NCBI RefSeq assembly: GCF_009834535.1
Contig: NC_045696.1
Location: 42,410,001-42,474,000 of the forward strand
Source: Camelus ferus
Taxonomy: Eukaryota
Direction of reading: 5' to 3'
DNA: 64,000 nucleotides
This document shows, piece by piece, positions 21,286 to 33,881 of the stretch. A model generated the notes under the pieces. The model was not told the DNA's origin. It was given only the letters and a program-made list of their open reading frames with translations, and did no database searches. A program made the translations under genes and the position numbers. Positions within the stretch are counted from its first letter, which is position 1. Each line of letters starts with the position of its first letter.

Positions 21286-23340
21286 TTCTTTGAAGAAAAT
21301 TGGCAAAATGATGAAAGAAAGCAATAGATGTTTTAAGTCTCAGGAAGTGAATAAAGGCTAGCCATGATATTTATCACTTGGAAAAGACAAGAAGTGAAGT
21401 CCGAAGCCTCCACTCCTCTTGTGTCGCCATAGTAGCACCATGGGGACTTTGGTCATTGCCTTCTTTTCTTTGTGACTTTAGATAATTTTCATGCTTGTTT
21501 CTTCTTTCATTTTAAAAAATTTAATTTCATTTTCCGAATCTTCCAGCCACTAAGTTGAAACCAGAAGGCTTTAAAAAAATTAGAAAAAAAGATGTTGTGC
21601 TCCATATAAAACAGCACATGTCAAAATACCAAGTTGCGTCCTCCTTCGAGGGCAATAATTTGCACAACCAAGCTATATTCGAATACATTAACTTGCTACA
21701 ATTTTGACAGAGGCAGCCTGAGTGCACCAATCCCTCGAATACTGATGGGATTGTGATTACACCCTGAAAAGAGAGGAGTCTGAATACAAATCTTAGAGGG
21801 CCAGAAAGTGTTTAATGTCTCATTGTTTGCATGGAGATTCTCAATCACATTCAAGTCGATGACTCTGATCTTCATATCAATGCACAAATGGAACAGAAGA
21901 GAAAAGCCAGGAAAGCTGTTTTCTGAGTGAAACCCTGATTTTGTTCTCATGTTACCAGCAAGAGACCATTTGGGATATTTAAGCCTGAGGTTGAGTGCTT
22001 CACATTTGTTCGAGCTCCTCGGTGTTTGAAATGGGTTTTCCCTGTAGGGAGCCCATCCATTTGGACAAGTGCTACATCAGATCAAAAGACATGGGAATAG
22101 GTATTTTGCGCACAGATTGAATTCTTTTTTGGCAAAATAACATAGCTTTTTAGCACAACATTGTCTATTCTCTACTGAGTGTCCTACCTCCTCCGACTTT
22201 TTTTTTTTTTAATAGTTGGAGTCTGTTTTTCAGTAAGTGTCAGGCTTTTTTCATGAGGCAAGTTGGCTAGCAGCCACCTGGAGAATACTAGAAATGAAAG
22301 CTGGCCTTATGGGATTTAGTTTCTTGGCTCCTCTTGGTACTACTTTCCATTTTGGTACATGTTGATCAAACTGCTCATCATATTGAAATTATTATTCTCT
22401 GATTTTTGTATTATTTACTACTTGAGGAACACAAGTATTAATATAACCTTTTATAACTTTTTGCTATAATAATACTTTGTTGAAGATGTCATGGGATTAT
22501 TAAAATAAATCACATCTATAATTTTTATCTCTTTTAAGTGAAGGAAATTCAATGTCATTAGCATCTTAAGTCTATCATCACCTTAAAATGATTTGAAGAG
22601 AGGTACGGTAAACCCAAATTGCCATTTTAACTGTAACGAAAGGTTAATCTTGCAATGGAAAGCAATGGCCACATTTTATTTCTGGATGGTGACACTGATC
22701 CATTTCAGGCGAACACTGTTTACAAAATCCTTGAACACAAATCCTGGGACATGCTCTGTGGCGAACCAGTACCAGGTGACTGGAGACAGCACCAGGAATA
22801 GTGCCATTGTGGGGAAGATGAGGGACTGGAGAAAATGAGAGAGAAATATTTTATCTGCTTTCATCCGCTGTGGATTTAGGAGAGTTCCTGGCATGACTAA
22901 TCCAGTTTTCCCCTGTTGTCATCAGCAATTGCCACCAATCATAGCAAAGCATCTACCTCCAAAATAAGAAGGGAGTTGGCCAAGGTGCGGTTGGAACTAC
23001 TGCTGTTGCATCTCTGGGGATGTTACCAGGAAACTTCACAAATTCCTGTTTCCAAACTGCTGTCTTCTGATACAACATAATGGAAAATTGGAGCAATTAT
23101 TCAGATAATATGTGCAAACAGTACATTTTCACCTTCAGTTTGTTGAAGAAAAAATCTCCATCTCTTAGTTACAGTCTTTCCCGAGTTTTAGCACTTCTTG
23201 CTAGAACCATTATGCTTCCTGAAATTCTACTTAGCTTATATTTGAATTCTTCTGCATCTTGACTTCCACAGTGCCTGGAATCCATGAGCTGCTGCGTAAA
23301 CATTGCACTGTTTTTAAAGCTACTTATTTCTTTGTAACTG

Positions 23341-23865
23341 TGAGGCAGTATAGCATAGCAGTAAGGAGAACATGATCTGGAATCAGACTACCAAAGTTCA
23401 AATATTACTGCCTCTGCTCAGTGGCTGTGTGACTTTGGACAAGTCACTGAACTCTCTGGGGCCTTATGTCCTCATCTATGAAATGGGGATAATAATATTG
23501 CCAATCTTAAGGGCTGATATTCAGCTGATATATACCTGTGTAGCATTTGTTGAAACACTGAAATGCTTCCACACTAATTGGTAATTAGCTGCAGCCTCCA
23601 GCCCCTTGAAGGTCTCCCTTTCCACCCAATGCCTCAGTGCAACATTCCTCTTCCCAGTGGTTCTGCAAGGGCTTGTTTGTTCAGCTGGGGGGCCTCTAGG
23701 ATCCTGCCCCTGTGCTATGCCCAGCATCTGTCCTCACAGGACGTGACGTGGTACCTGTTAATAAATGTTTTTAGTATCGCCGTTCCTATAGAGTTGTCAT
23801 GAGTTTTAAATGAGTTGATATATTTAGAATAATGCGTGGTGCCCATTAAACACTGTCCAAGCTGT
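23341..23865 (+). mobile_element. MIR SINE split by a MITE (MIR parts about 23341-23508 and 23788-23865)
   Basis: 'gaggcagtatagcatagcagtaagga...gctgtgtgactttggacaagtcactgaactctctggggcct...aatggggataataata' resumes as 'tagagttgtcatgagttttaaatgag'. Confidence 0.85.
23509..23787 (-). mobile_element. hAT-type MITE (ORSL-like, about 280 bp) nested in MIR
   Basis: Ends 'agggctgatattcagctg' and 'tacctgttaataaatgtttttagtatcgcc' resemble the cagggctgatattcagc / aaatattttgaatatcacccctg termini of this family. Confidence 0.6.
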
Positions 23866-23949
23866 TTTTATAGATGATAAGTTTTATAAGACAAAGACAG
23901 TATCTCCTATGTATTTTGTACATCTCCCTGAAGCACTGATTCATTTTCC

Positions 23950-24752
23950 GTATTAGTTGTAGATCTGTTCAGACTTTCTGTTTTTTTTTCATGATTCAGT
24001 CTTGGTAGATTGTACATCTAGGAATTTATCCATTTCTTGTAGGTTACCCTGCTTGTTGAAGTATAACAGTAGTCTTTAATAAGCTTCTTCATTACTGTGC
24101 CATCCGTTGTAACTTCTTATCTTTCACTTCTGATTTTATTTACTTGAATCTTTTTTTCTTAGTAAATCTAGCTAAAAGCTTATCAGTTTTGTATTTTCAA
24201 AAAACCAACTCTTAGTTTTATCAATTTTTTTCTGTTGCTTCCTATTCTCTGTTTTATTTATTTCTGCTCTAATCTTTATTATTTTCTTCCTTCTGATAAC
24301 TTTGGGCTTAGTTTTTTCTTCTTTTTTTAGTTCTTTGAGGTATAAAGTTGTTTATTTGAGTTCTTTCTTCTTATTTAATGTAGGCATTTATCACCATAAA
24401 CTTTTCTCAATACTGCTTTTGCTGCATCACATTAGTTTTGGTAACTTGTATTTTTGCTTCCATTTGTATCAAGATATTTTCTAATTTCTTTTTTGACTTC
24501 TTCTTTTACCTATTGGTTGCTCAAAATCATGTTTAATTTCCACATATATAAATTTTCCAGTTTTTCTTTGCTATTAATGTTTAGTTTTCATTGTGGTTGG
24601 AAAAGATACTTGTTATGATTTCAGTCTTCTTAAATTTGTTAAAGCTTGTTTTGTGACCTAACATGTGATCCATTCTGGAGAATGTTTCATGTGTACTTGA
24701 GAAGAATGAGAATTCTGCTGCTGTTGGGTGGGATGTTGTATATACACCTGTC
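23950..24752 (-). mobile_element. L1 ORF2 internal fragment
   Basis: Reversed ORF2 motifs 'ttcaaaaaaccaactcttagtttta', 'atttctgctctaatctttattattttcttccttctg', 'tctggagaatgtttcatgtgtacttgagaagaatg'. Confidence 0.9.
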
Positions 24753-24759
24753 ATTATTT

Positions 24760-25615
24760 ATTCTTTTATTTGTTTAATCAATAAAAATATGTCAACCACC
24801 TGCTAAGTTTCAGGGACTGTTCTAGATATTTGGAAGATGTCAGTAAGTAAACAAGCAAAAGATCTCTGCTTTCATGGAACTCACCTTCTAGTTGCGGGAC
24901 ACCTAAAATAAGCAATAAATATGATACATAAGTAATGTATAGTTACTGTCTCAAAGTTATAAACCTATTGGCTCTTTACTCTTCAAAAGACCACCAGAAA
25001 ACCTAAGCAAAGTTAAGTCTATTTGACCTACCAGGAGTAAGGGAGAATACCAGCTTGACAGAGTTTTGGTAGCAGCAGATCCATAAAGGGTGGTTATAAT
25101 GTTTGAGACCTGGGACCAAGTGGCTTAAAGACATGTCTTTCAAGGTAGGGAATCCACTGGGATTGGACAGAGTTTGTAATATAATAGGACAGAGGGAGAG
25201 ATTCTTGGAAAGTAAACTTTTGTTTGGTAAGTGTGAACAATCTATTGCCTGATAGGAGAGATAATTACCTCAGATGAGTAAACTGGCTTTACCAGTGTGT
25301 ATTTCCTGAGGCAAAGAGTGAAGTTATTTGTTGGATTATAGCCTTATCTTCTGGGGCAAAAATGTCCTATGTCATGTTCATACTGGGGCCTCAGGTCTCA
25401 GTCCTGGTGGGTAAGCTCTTTGGATGCAGATGGTTTCAATTCACAAATGCTATGGAAGAAAGAAAATAGAGAATATCAGGAAAAAGTGATTGAGATGTTA
25501 GGGAGGGGGCAAGTTATAGTATTAAGCTGAGTGGTCACTGTTGGCCTTGTAGTGAAGGTAAGATTTAAAAAAAGACTTGAAGATAGTGAGGGAGTTGGCC
25601 AAGCTGGATATCTAG
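24760..25615 (-). mobile_element. L2a fragment split by an LTR (L2 parts about 24760-24946 and 25446-25615)
   Basis: 'ctctgctttcatggaactcaccttctagttgcgg...taagtaatgtatagtta' continues after the LTR as 'aatgctatggaagaaa...gaaggtaagatttaaaaaaagacttgaagatagtgagggagttggcc'. Confidence 0.8.
24947..25445 (-). mobile_element. ERV1-class solo LTR (MER110/MER90-like) nested in L2
   Basis: TG...CA bounded, about 500 bp. Motifs 'gagtaagggagaataccagcttgacagagtttt' and 'ctcagtcctggtgggtaagctctttggatgcagatggtttcaattcaca'. Confidence 0.6.
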
Positions 25616-26660
25616 CTTATTTGTCTACTTTATTATATTTTTCTAGATTTTGCCTGGGCTGAAGTTTAAACTAAGCTGGGTTCTGTTTATAGTGGTCAGA
25701 ATTCTATTTTATCCTTAGTATTCCTCAAATATTTCTAAAGAAAAATATATTTTGGGTTTGGATTTTCTGTAAATTCCCTCAATGTGTAGCTTTATTCCAA
25801 TGGAGAAAACTAGTTTAAATGTAGGTAAGTAAGAAGCTCAAGGAAGGGTGAGATACTAAACTTAAACATTCGTCATGGGGTCATTTTTGAAATTTTTCTT
25901 TTCTCCTTTCATCTGCCTTTTAGTTAACTGAAGTGTGTGCTAAATCTGCAAAGGAGACATTTTTCTTCTTCTAAACTGCTTTCATTTCTCTTCATTAGTA
26001 ATATCCCACTGGAAATGTTCATTCAAACAACTAACTGATAGTTTTCGCTTTTGTTTAACAAAACACTATATTCTCCAATTTTGCTTTGTCTTCATAACAT
26101 TCTAAGAAATTAGTTTCAGCTTTTGCATTTTAAGAACCATTATTTCATGCTGTGAATAATTTTTCTTTTTTTCGAATCTTACAATCTTGGTGACCATTTA
26201 GTAGGAAGACTTGTATTGTTCCTGACGAATGTCGTGGGAAAACCTACTTTGAAATGGATCTATTTAATTTTATCAATAGCTAATGTAAGCCAAGTGGATA
26301 CTTTTTGTTCTTTCCATAAGCAGTTATATTCAAAAAGAACATAATTGAAAATGAATTATTCTCATTTATAATTCAGCAAGAGAATTTTTTTCTTTCCTTT
26401 TCACAATGAAGAGTGATTATTATAGCAAAGATAAAAGCCAACACACTGCAGTCCAGTGTTAGATTTATCTTTGAGCCATAAATGGACTTTTCTTTATTGA
26501 ACAGATGACTGAAACATAGATGCATTCTTTCCACACACCATATGGTATCAAGACACAGTGTATAACACTGGAATTCCAAACAAAAGAGACAATACATATG
26601 TTAAATCACATCAAATGTGGGCTAAAGAATATAATTTAGGATTTTTATTCTTCCTGTAGG

Positions 26661-26692
26661 TATAACTATGTAAAGTTATAACTATATAAAGT
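26661..26692. repeat. 16-bp tandem duplication
   Basis: tataactatgtaaagt / tataactatataaagt. Confidence 0.85.
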
Positions 26693-29545
26693 CATCCAGC
26701 GTCAACAAAGAAAATCTTATTTGTCTCCCAATAGAATATGAGTTAAGATTAGAGCAGGTAGTGATTGGCTAATTTGCACTGCTGAACACACAATGGGTAT
26801 TCATTAAATATTGGTTGAGTGTTTGATTAATTGGCCTCTTTTCTTGTAGTTGAGGAAATGGACAAGTGATACATTACCCTGATTCTGTCCTTGGCTCTGC
26901 CACATGAGTTTATGCTACTTATTTTTCTACTACCATGTACCTTCCAACCTAATTTATCCTGTGAGCCTGTGCTTGAGATCAGAAATGAAGAAAATTTCGT
27001 TCTAACATGGAAACATGCATTTTCAGACTTTTTCAATTCTCTTTAACCACTAGTTCTGTGTCTTAATGATATTATTGAGTCTTTAGATTCATACTTTTTA
27101 TTGCCTAGTAACATTTTACCTATTTTTTTCCTTTTTTGTCACTGCCTATGTTACATTTGTGTTGGTTCTCATATATGTAACTACCTTTGATTGGAATCTT
27201 TCTAAGCCTCACTGTAGCTCTATCATTACTTGCATGTTCTGGATAAGGAAGTTGGGGCTTAAAGATGGGAAGTAAGTTGTGTAGTTTCATAAATAAAGCT
27301 ACTGTTTTTTTCAAATACTATTTATGGCAGAAGACTTGACCTGAGTTGGCACTGCTAATATGATTGTCCTTGTTCATACACTCACCAACCATATTGCCTC
27401 TAAGGCCCTCAGGATCAGTGGGGCATTTCATTATCAGTGGGCCACTATTCATTTCATTCCTCTTTGGTGGCCTAACTTGTTTTATCCCTTTCCAATCAAG
27501 AGGCATATGTTACATTAAAAAACCGGAATCAATAAACTTTAATAGCAGGAGTCTCTTAATGTCCTGAGTATTTGTAGAATGAACACCTAGCAGAGAACTC
27601 AAAATCCTTAGCACCTCCTAAGGGATTATTGCTGGAACTGAGTCTGTACCCAGCTAGGCTAGACCACCTGTGCTTGTACTTGAATCTAACACATGCTTGT
27701 TGTGGTATAACCTCTCAAAGGCCTTCTCCGAAGGATACAGCAACCCAGGCAGCATCCCAGTCAATTTGCTACAATGATTGGGTGGAATCTGTGATCCACT
27801 GCTACCTAATTCTGCAGCAAAGAGGCTTGAAAGAAAGAATTCCTCAGGGTAATCTGTAGAAATAAAGGACCACATTGATTTTGTTGTTTGCATATGCCAA
27901 CAAAAGGGAGCTATTATAAAATTTCATATAATTCTATCCACTTGTTAGCTTAAAATAAAATTTATCATCTTATAAATTCCTTGGTCAATTATTCCAACAA
28001 GTAAAACATTTGCCATTTATTTTGGGAAAAAAAGATGAATACTTTCACAAGTCATATTTCCACATTTATTTGCATTCTATTTTTCCAATGATTTTTGTTG
28101 TTGTTGTTTAATCCAATTTACCCTTGTGCCCTGGAGGCAATTCTAATATACATTGTTTTGAGAAACCATCATAAACTTCTTTTGACATTAAAATTGCTTA
28201 CAAAAATACGATTGCTGCATATTCAAGCTCTATATGGCTGCAAGTCCTAGCCCAGTAATTACTCACGCCAGACTTCCTGTTAGGAGCTTTACAGTGAGAG
28301 GCATTGACTAAAAAGTAAAGTAAACAAAGTACATTTTCATGTCAGAAATGGATTTTATACTTGTTCATGGTTAAGTGACAATGAATAATAAATATGTGGG
28401 CAGAAATAAAATTACTTATTTGCATTTAAGAAATCCATTTACTGCCAAATGTGTCCACCCTTATTGCCAAGTGCTCCTAAAGGCCCCAGAGTTCCAGGTC
28501 ATCTGGGCCATGCCCAGGACAAAATGATAAAGTAAGTGAGATTTGCCTTGACACAGAAATCCTCCTTCTCTTACTCTTTACAGGGCTGCTGCCCTAATTA
28601 TTCCTTTAATCTGCTTATTCATTCCTTGTCTTTATACATTAGTGTGAATTAAGTTCTTATATACCTTTTCTGGTGTATTTTCATTTTGATTTTTCTATCT
28701 GATGGTGTTAGTGGAGACTTTGCCTCCAATTCCAGGAAACACAGGAATCCTGATCCAATATCTGCCATGTAGTATCTGTTATGTAGATGGGATGTATTTT
28801 AGTAATCATTTGAAACTTTCTCCAGTTTCTTTAAAAGATGTGCATCATATTAGCTTCATTTTCTCTCCTAGTATCTTCTTCTCATTTCAGATTACACTAT
28901 GACTAAATGCATATTTGTTTACTTTAAATGAAAGGAATATAGCACCTTCCAGTATGTTATCACTTCCGTCATTGTTTTTCTCGTCTCTCTAAACATTTCA
29001 TCTTAAAATAAATAAGCTCTTCCTTTTCTAAACTTTACTTGGTCCTCTCCTTTGTTACATTTGTACAAATTTGTTATTTTTTTAATACTTTTTGGTGACA
29101 GACTGTATATTTTAAAGAAAGAGTGGCCTCGGTAAGCAGATAAACTTGAATAATATCTTGATGGTCAATAACACATTAATGATAGTGATGAAACTCATAA
29201 TATTTGTATTTTTAAGGAAGGACATGATATATCAAACATAACTATCAGTGTAGATAAAAATAAAGATGCCATTGGACAAAAAGACACATTTAAGTTAGGA
29301 AAAAAAGCATTGAATTTTGAATGCGTTTCCATCTTCTCAAATGATGATAAACAGCATTATTGGTTATGAGGGCTCCGCAATCAGGAAAAAAGTTGCCCTT
29401 CTTCTCAGTGCTTTTAATTAGAAGTAGCAAATAAGGTAAGTGCTCCACTGAAATACAGTGAAATTCTCTTTCTTCCTAAATGCTTCTGTGGTGGTGCCCA
29501 CTTTGATTTCATCGCTGTCTCTTAGTTTTCACCCTCAGGCATAGT

Positions 29546-29575
29546 TTTGTTGCTCTGATCTTTGTTGCTCTGATC
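29546..29575. repeat. 15-bp perfect tandem duplication
   Basis: tttgttgctctgatc occurs twice in tandem. Confidence 0.95.
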
Positions 29576-29722
29576 GTTAAAATGGACATAAAACCATCAA
29601 TACACAAGCTTGGTTCTATAAATAGGATTAATGAATCGTCAAAAATTATGGAAGATAAAATGCTACTTACAATGGCAGTCTTCAGTTCACCCAAACTCTT
29701 TCTTTCTGCTTCTCTCTCCAGC

Positions 29723-29725
<3 letters not shown>

Positions 29726-29757
<32 letters not shown>
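29726..29757. repeat. (AC)n microsatellite
   Basis: Perfect AC dinucleotide run. Confidence 0.98.
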
Positions 29758-29759
<2 letters not shown>

Positions 29760-32344
29760 AGGTTTCATACCAAGGAGACCTTGAGAATCTGGTAGAGCTC
29801 CAAGCTGATTGTGAAACTGGGAGGTGACAGGCCGCATGTACCAAGAACCAGGCTTTGGAGGGTTGATAAGATGCTTCTAGCAGGGAAGGGACAATGTCAG
29901 CACACCACAGCTCTTAAATAAACTTTTGGGAATGTATTCAAGCCAAATCCATATACTCATCTCAGAGGTCGGCCTTGACTTGTTTTAAGAATCCTTGAAA
30001 CTCGGAAGCTCTGTTTCTCTTTCGGGGATTCAGCTTCCTTTATGTTTTCTTCTCCAAACACAACATAAAGGCACTGTTGCATCCTGTATTCTCAGCTGAT
30101 GTAGCATATTCCTCACTGTCTCTGCACACAGAGTCTCTGTGTCACACCATCTGCCTTGGCTCACATCTCAATCCTCCTGCCTCTGCTTGCTCCAGCTTCT
30201 TCACAGGCAAGCTCACTGGTCTCGCCACTTGCAGGTCCTTGGCATCTCAGATCTATCATATACCCAGCTTGCCTCAGATCACTCCGTCCCCGGATACCAT
30301 GCCTACCTTACCAGATAGGCCATATCCCACTTCTCTGATAAGCACATGTTGTAATTAGGAAAGAATTTAAAGAGTTCCAGTCTATCCGTTTCAGTTTGGC
30401 TGAGTCTTTGCGTTGGATTGCCCTTCTTTCTGTGCTGACTGAGGCTATAGCCATTGAGCCATTCTGGCTGCAAAACTCACCTGGAACATCTGTTCTTTCT
30501 GTGATTAGTAGGGCTCTCTCACAGCTCTTACATCACAGTTCCCTCTGACAGAGAATAAATAGGTTTGTTGCACTTGATTTTCTGAATCCAGGATCACTCT
30601 GTGAGCCTCAGTTGATCATATTGGGCTTCTGCATTGATCACCATTTCACATTTTATACTAAAATCTTGTATCTTCTTCAAAGACCCTTTAAAGCCTGGGA
30701 GCCTTGCTTCCTTCCTGGGTATGGAGGCCACCTGTTAACACCCAGCAGCCTTCCTGATGCCTGTTGCCATTCTGGGTTTTGGAATAGCACTATCTCTGAA
30801 TTCTCTCCTTGCTGTTTTTCACCACCTGTTGGCACACTTCATACTCCTTGGAAACGGTACTTATTAAGTACCCTGATTGTGCTTGAGAATGCGTGAGCCC
30901 TTGGCCACCATACCTTACCTTCCCAGACTCTGCCATCCTCTGAGCTTGTGCCCGTGCTTGCCCAGCTCTGTGGGTTTGTGTCAGGTCCTGTCACCACCGT
31001 TTCTCCCTGGACTGCCTTACTGTGAGTACACAGCTATACCATGACAATTAGGCCTACCTAGGAGAAGGTATATCTTAGTACATATGTTGAAACATTGATC
31101 ATATTTCACAGCAATTTGAATGTATTCCTGAGATAGAGACAAACTTCTTTTTATGAAACTCATCAAAGAATAGAATCATTAAGAATGCCCATTTTTCTCT
31201 TCCCTCCCACTCTTGTCTCACCATCTTCTTAGTCCATGCAACTGTGCTTTCCCCAAGTCCCTCATGTCTGATAATGCCTGGTGTCTCAGTATCAGTGGCT
31301 ACTGTTCTTTACCAAAGTCAAAGATGGACAGTTGCTGGGTGAGCAAGACATTGTCCTCCTCCTGGAATGAAATTTGCTTCAAAACAATCTTTATCCTTTA
31401 CTCAAGCCAGGAGAACTGTTCATTTTCCTGAGCACTGTCTCAGTCTATCTTGTTACTAAGCTGTCATTCTTTACATTCACGTCTGTGGTCTTACATTTTT
31501 AACTGCCTAAGTTGCTGCGTATGTTGGAGGATATCTATCCCAATAAAAAGAATCTTCTCCAGAAGGATTCCTGCTGTTCAGGAATCCCTGAGAATATGCT
31601 GACAGAGGAAATTGAAATAGCAACATACCAACTGCTTCATTTATTTGCACAAGTATTATTATTTTTCATAATTTTGAAAAGTACATTTATGAAAATTACC
31701 TAGGATGCATTTATTAGATTGACAAAGTCTTCAATATGTTCTGATTAGTTAAATCAAAATTATGTTATATATGCATGCATGCTAATTATATTTATTTATT
31801 TTATTTATTTATAATATTATATAAAAATTTTATTAGAGAAAAATTGAAAATAAGAAAACCTGTAAAACCTAATATCATTAAAATCTGACACCTGAGAATA
31901 TAAAAATATGTCTTAAAATGATACAGAAGCAAACTCACATTCTGGAATTAGAAGCTTGATCCCCTGTTTACAATGGCTACATGTGTATTGTCACCATAAT
32001 GGGTTCTAAGTCATGGCTGGTTTTTATAAAACTGAGCATTTGTGAGATTCATGTGTTGACAACACCTAGATATATCTGTAGATTATTTACTATTCTTAAT
32101 TATTTCTATTCTCCGCTACATTATACCTATTACCACCAATCTTCTAAAAGCACATTTAAGAAAATGCAGTTTCATTATTTTTTTGTGTGAGGTGGCTGTT
32201 AAGTAAATATATAATGAATTCATATATCATATATAATATAATAAAGTTATAGAGCTTCCTAATTTATCAACATATTAGTAAATTATAAGATTAATTGTAT
32301 AGAATTTGTCAATTTATTATCAGTAGTTGTGACATTAAAAATAT

Positions 32345-32575
32345 TTAATGGTGGCTACCAGTTGTTAAGTGTTTATTACGTGTTAAGTGTTTTAACCGTG
32401 TGGACTTGATTTATCCCCACAACCACTCTATGAGGCCGATAATTAATTATTTTACAGATGAGGAAGCTGAGATTTAGAGAGATGAGAAACCTTGACCAGA
32501 TCACTCAGATAATAGGAAGGGGGCCTGGGACTTTGACTCTCATTTTTTTTTTTCTGCATCATTTACATCATTACC
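32345..32575 (-). mobile_element. MIR SINE
   Basis: 'ccccacaaccactctatgagg...ttttacagatgaggaagctgagatttagagagatgagaaaccttgaccagatcactcag'. Confidence 0.85.
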
Positions 32576-33527
32576 TCAAACACTCCAAACTACAGAGTCA
32601 AAGAATAAGGCTCAGATATAACTTGTTAACATTGAGGACATCTACACATCACCATTGTATTAGAAGTATAAAAAACAGGATCCAATCCTGGTTAAGTGTT
32701 CAAGGGAAGTGATTTACGATTCAGTACCAATGTCAAGTAGATGAAATGACAGTGTATGAAACTACATGAAAGTTTGAGGCAGAATAGCCAGCATTCTACA
32801 CTTGATCTCATACAAGTTTCACTCTAGATCAGTGTGTCAGCTGACCAACAGCACAGTTCACTTAGGGCTGCTCTGTCCAAAGCAGTCAGGACTGCACCCC
32901 TACCTGCCATTGGAAGGGAGAGAGGGGGAGCCTAGGAATGGCTCTGTTTGTCAGCTCTCTTCCCCACCCTCAGCCCATCGTCTAAGATAAATAAAGCCCA
33001 CTAAATGGAGAAAACACAATAACAGTCTAATGTCTTCACCATTATCAAGGCCATTAAAGAGATGTAAAAAGCGCAGCAACTAACCACATTCATAAATAGT
33101 AACTAGCCTTTGAGAAAGCAGTAAGAACTCAGTCTCATAAGTAACTAGATGTATGTTAATTTAATTTTATTGGAAAGAGAAGTAGAAAAGTATAAAACAT
33201 TAATCACCTTCTCAGGCATGATTTATTTTGCATGTATGCCTGCAGAGAGAAGGAGAGCTGTCTGCTCTTGATAGCCTTCCAGCCCCTGCTTTCTTCTTGA
33301 TCATCAGGGGCTGCAGTCATACATCTTCCATATGTCGATAGTAGATTGTCCATCCTCTGCTTTCATATGTGTAGCCAGAATCCCCTGACTGTCATGGGCA
33401 AACGGTGGTGAGTTTGGTATTTCTGATAAAGCTATTATGTATCAGACCTCTGGGTCAGACAGTCTGATCCAAGGACTGTGCCAGAAGCTCGAGTTATCAT
33501 TTCTCCCATATGCATATGAATGAACCC

Positions 33528-33837
33528 CTTTCTTTTTACTTTTTTCAGCTTTACTGAGATATAATTTACATATAACACTGTGTAAGTTTAAGGTGTACAT
33601 CATGATGATTTGATATACATACTTTAAAAAAATTGAAGTATAGTTGATTTATAATGTGTGAGTTTCAGGTGTACACCAAAGTGATTCAATTATACATATA
33701 CATATATTCTTTTTAAGATTCTTTTACACTATGGTTTATTGTAAGATATTGAATATAGTTCCCTGTGCTATACAGTAGGACCTTGCTGTTTATCTATTTT
33801 ATATAGATAAAATATATATGTATGTTTGCTAAATATA

Positions 33838-33881
<44 letters not shown>

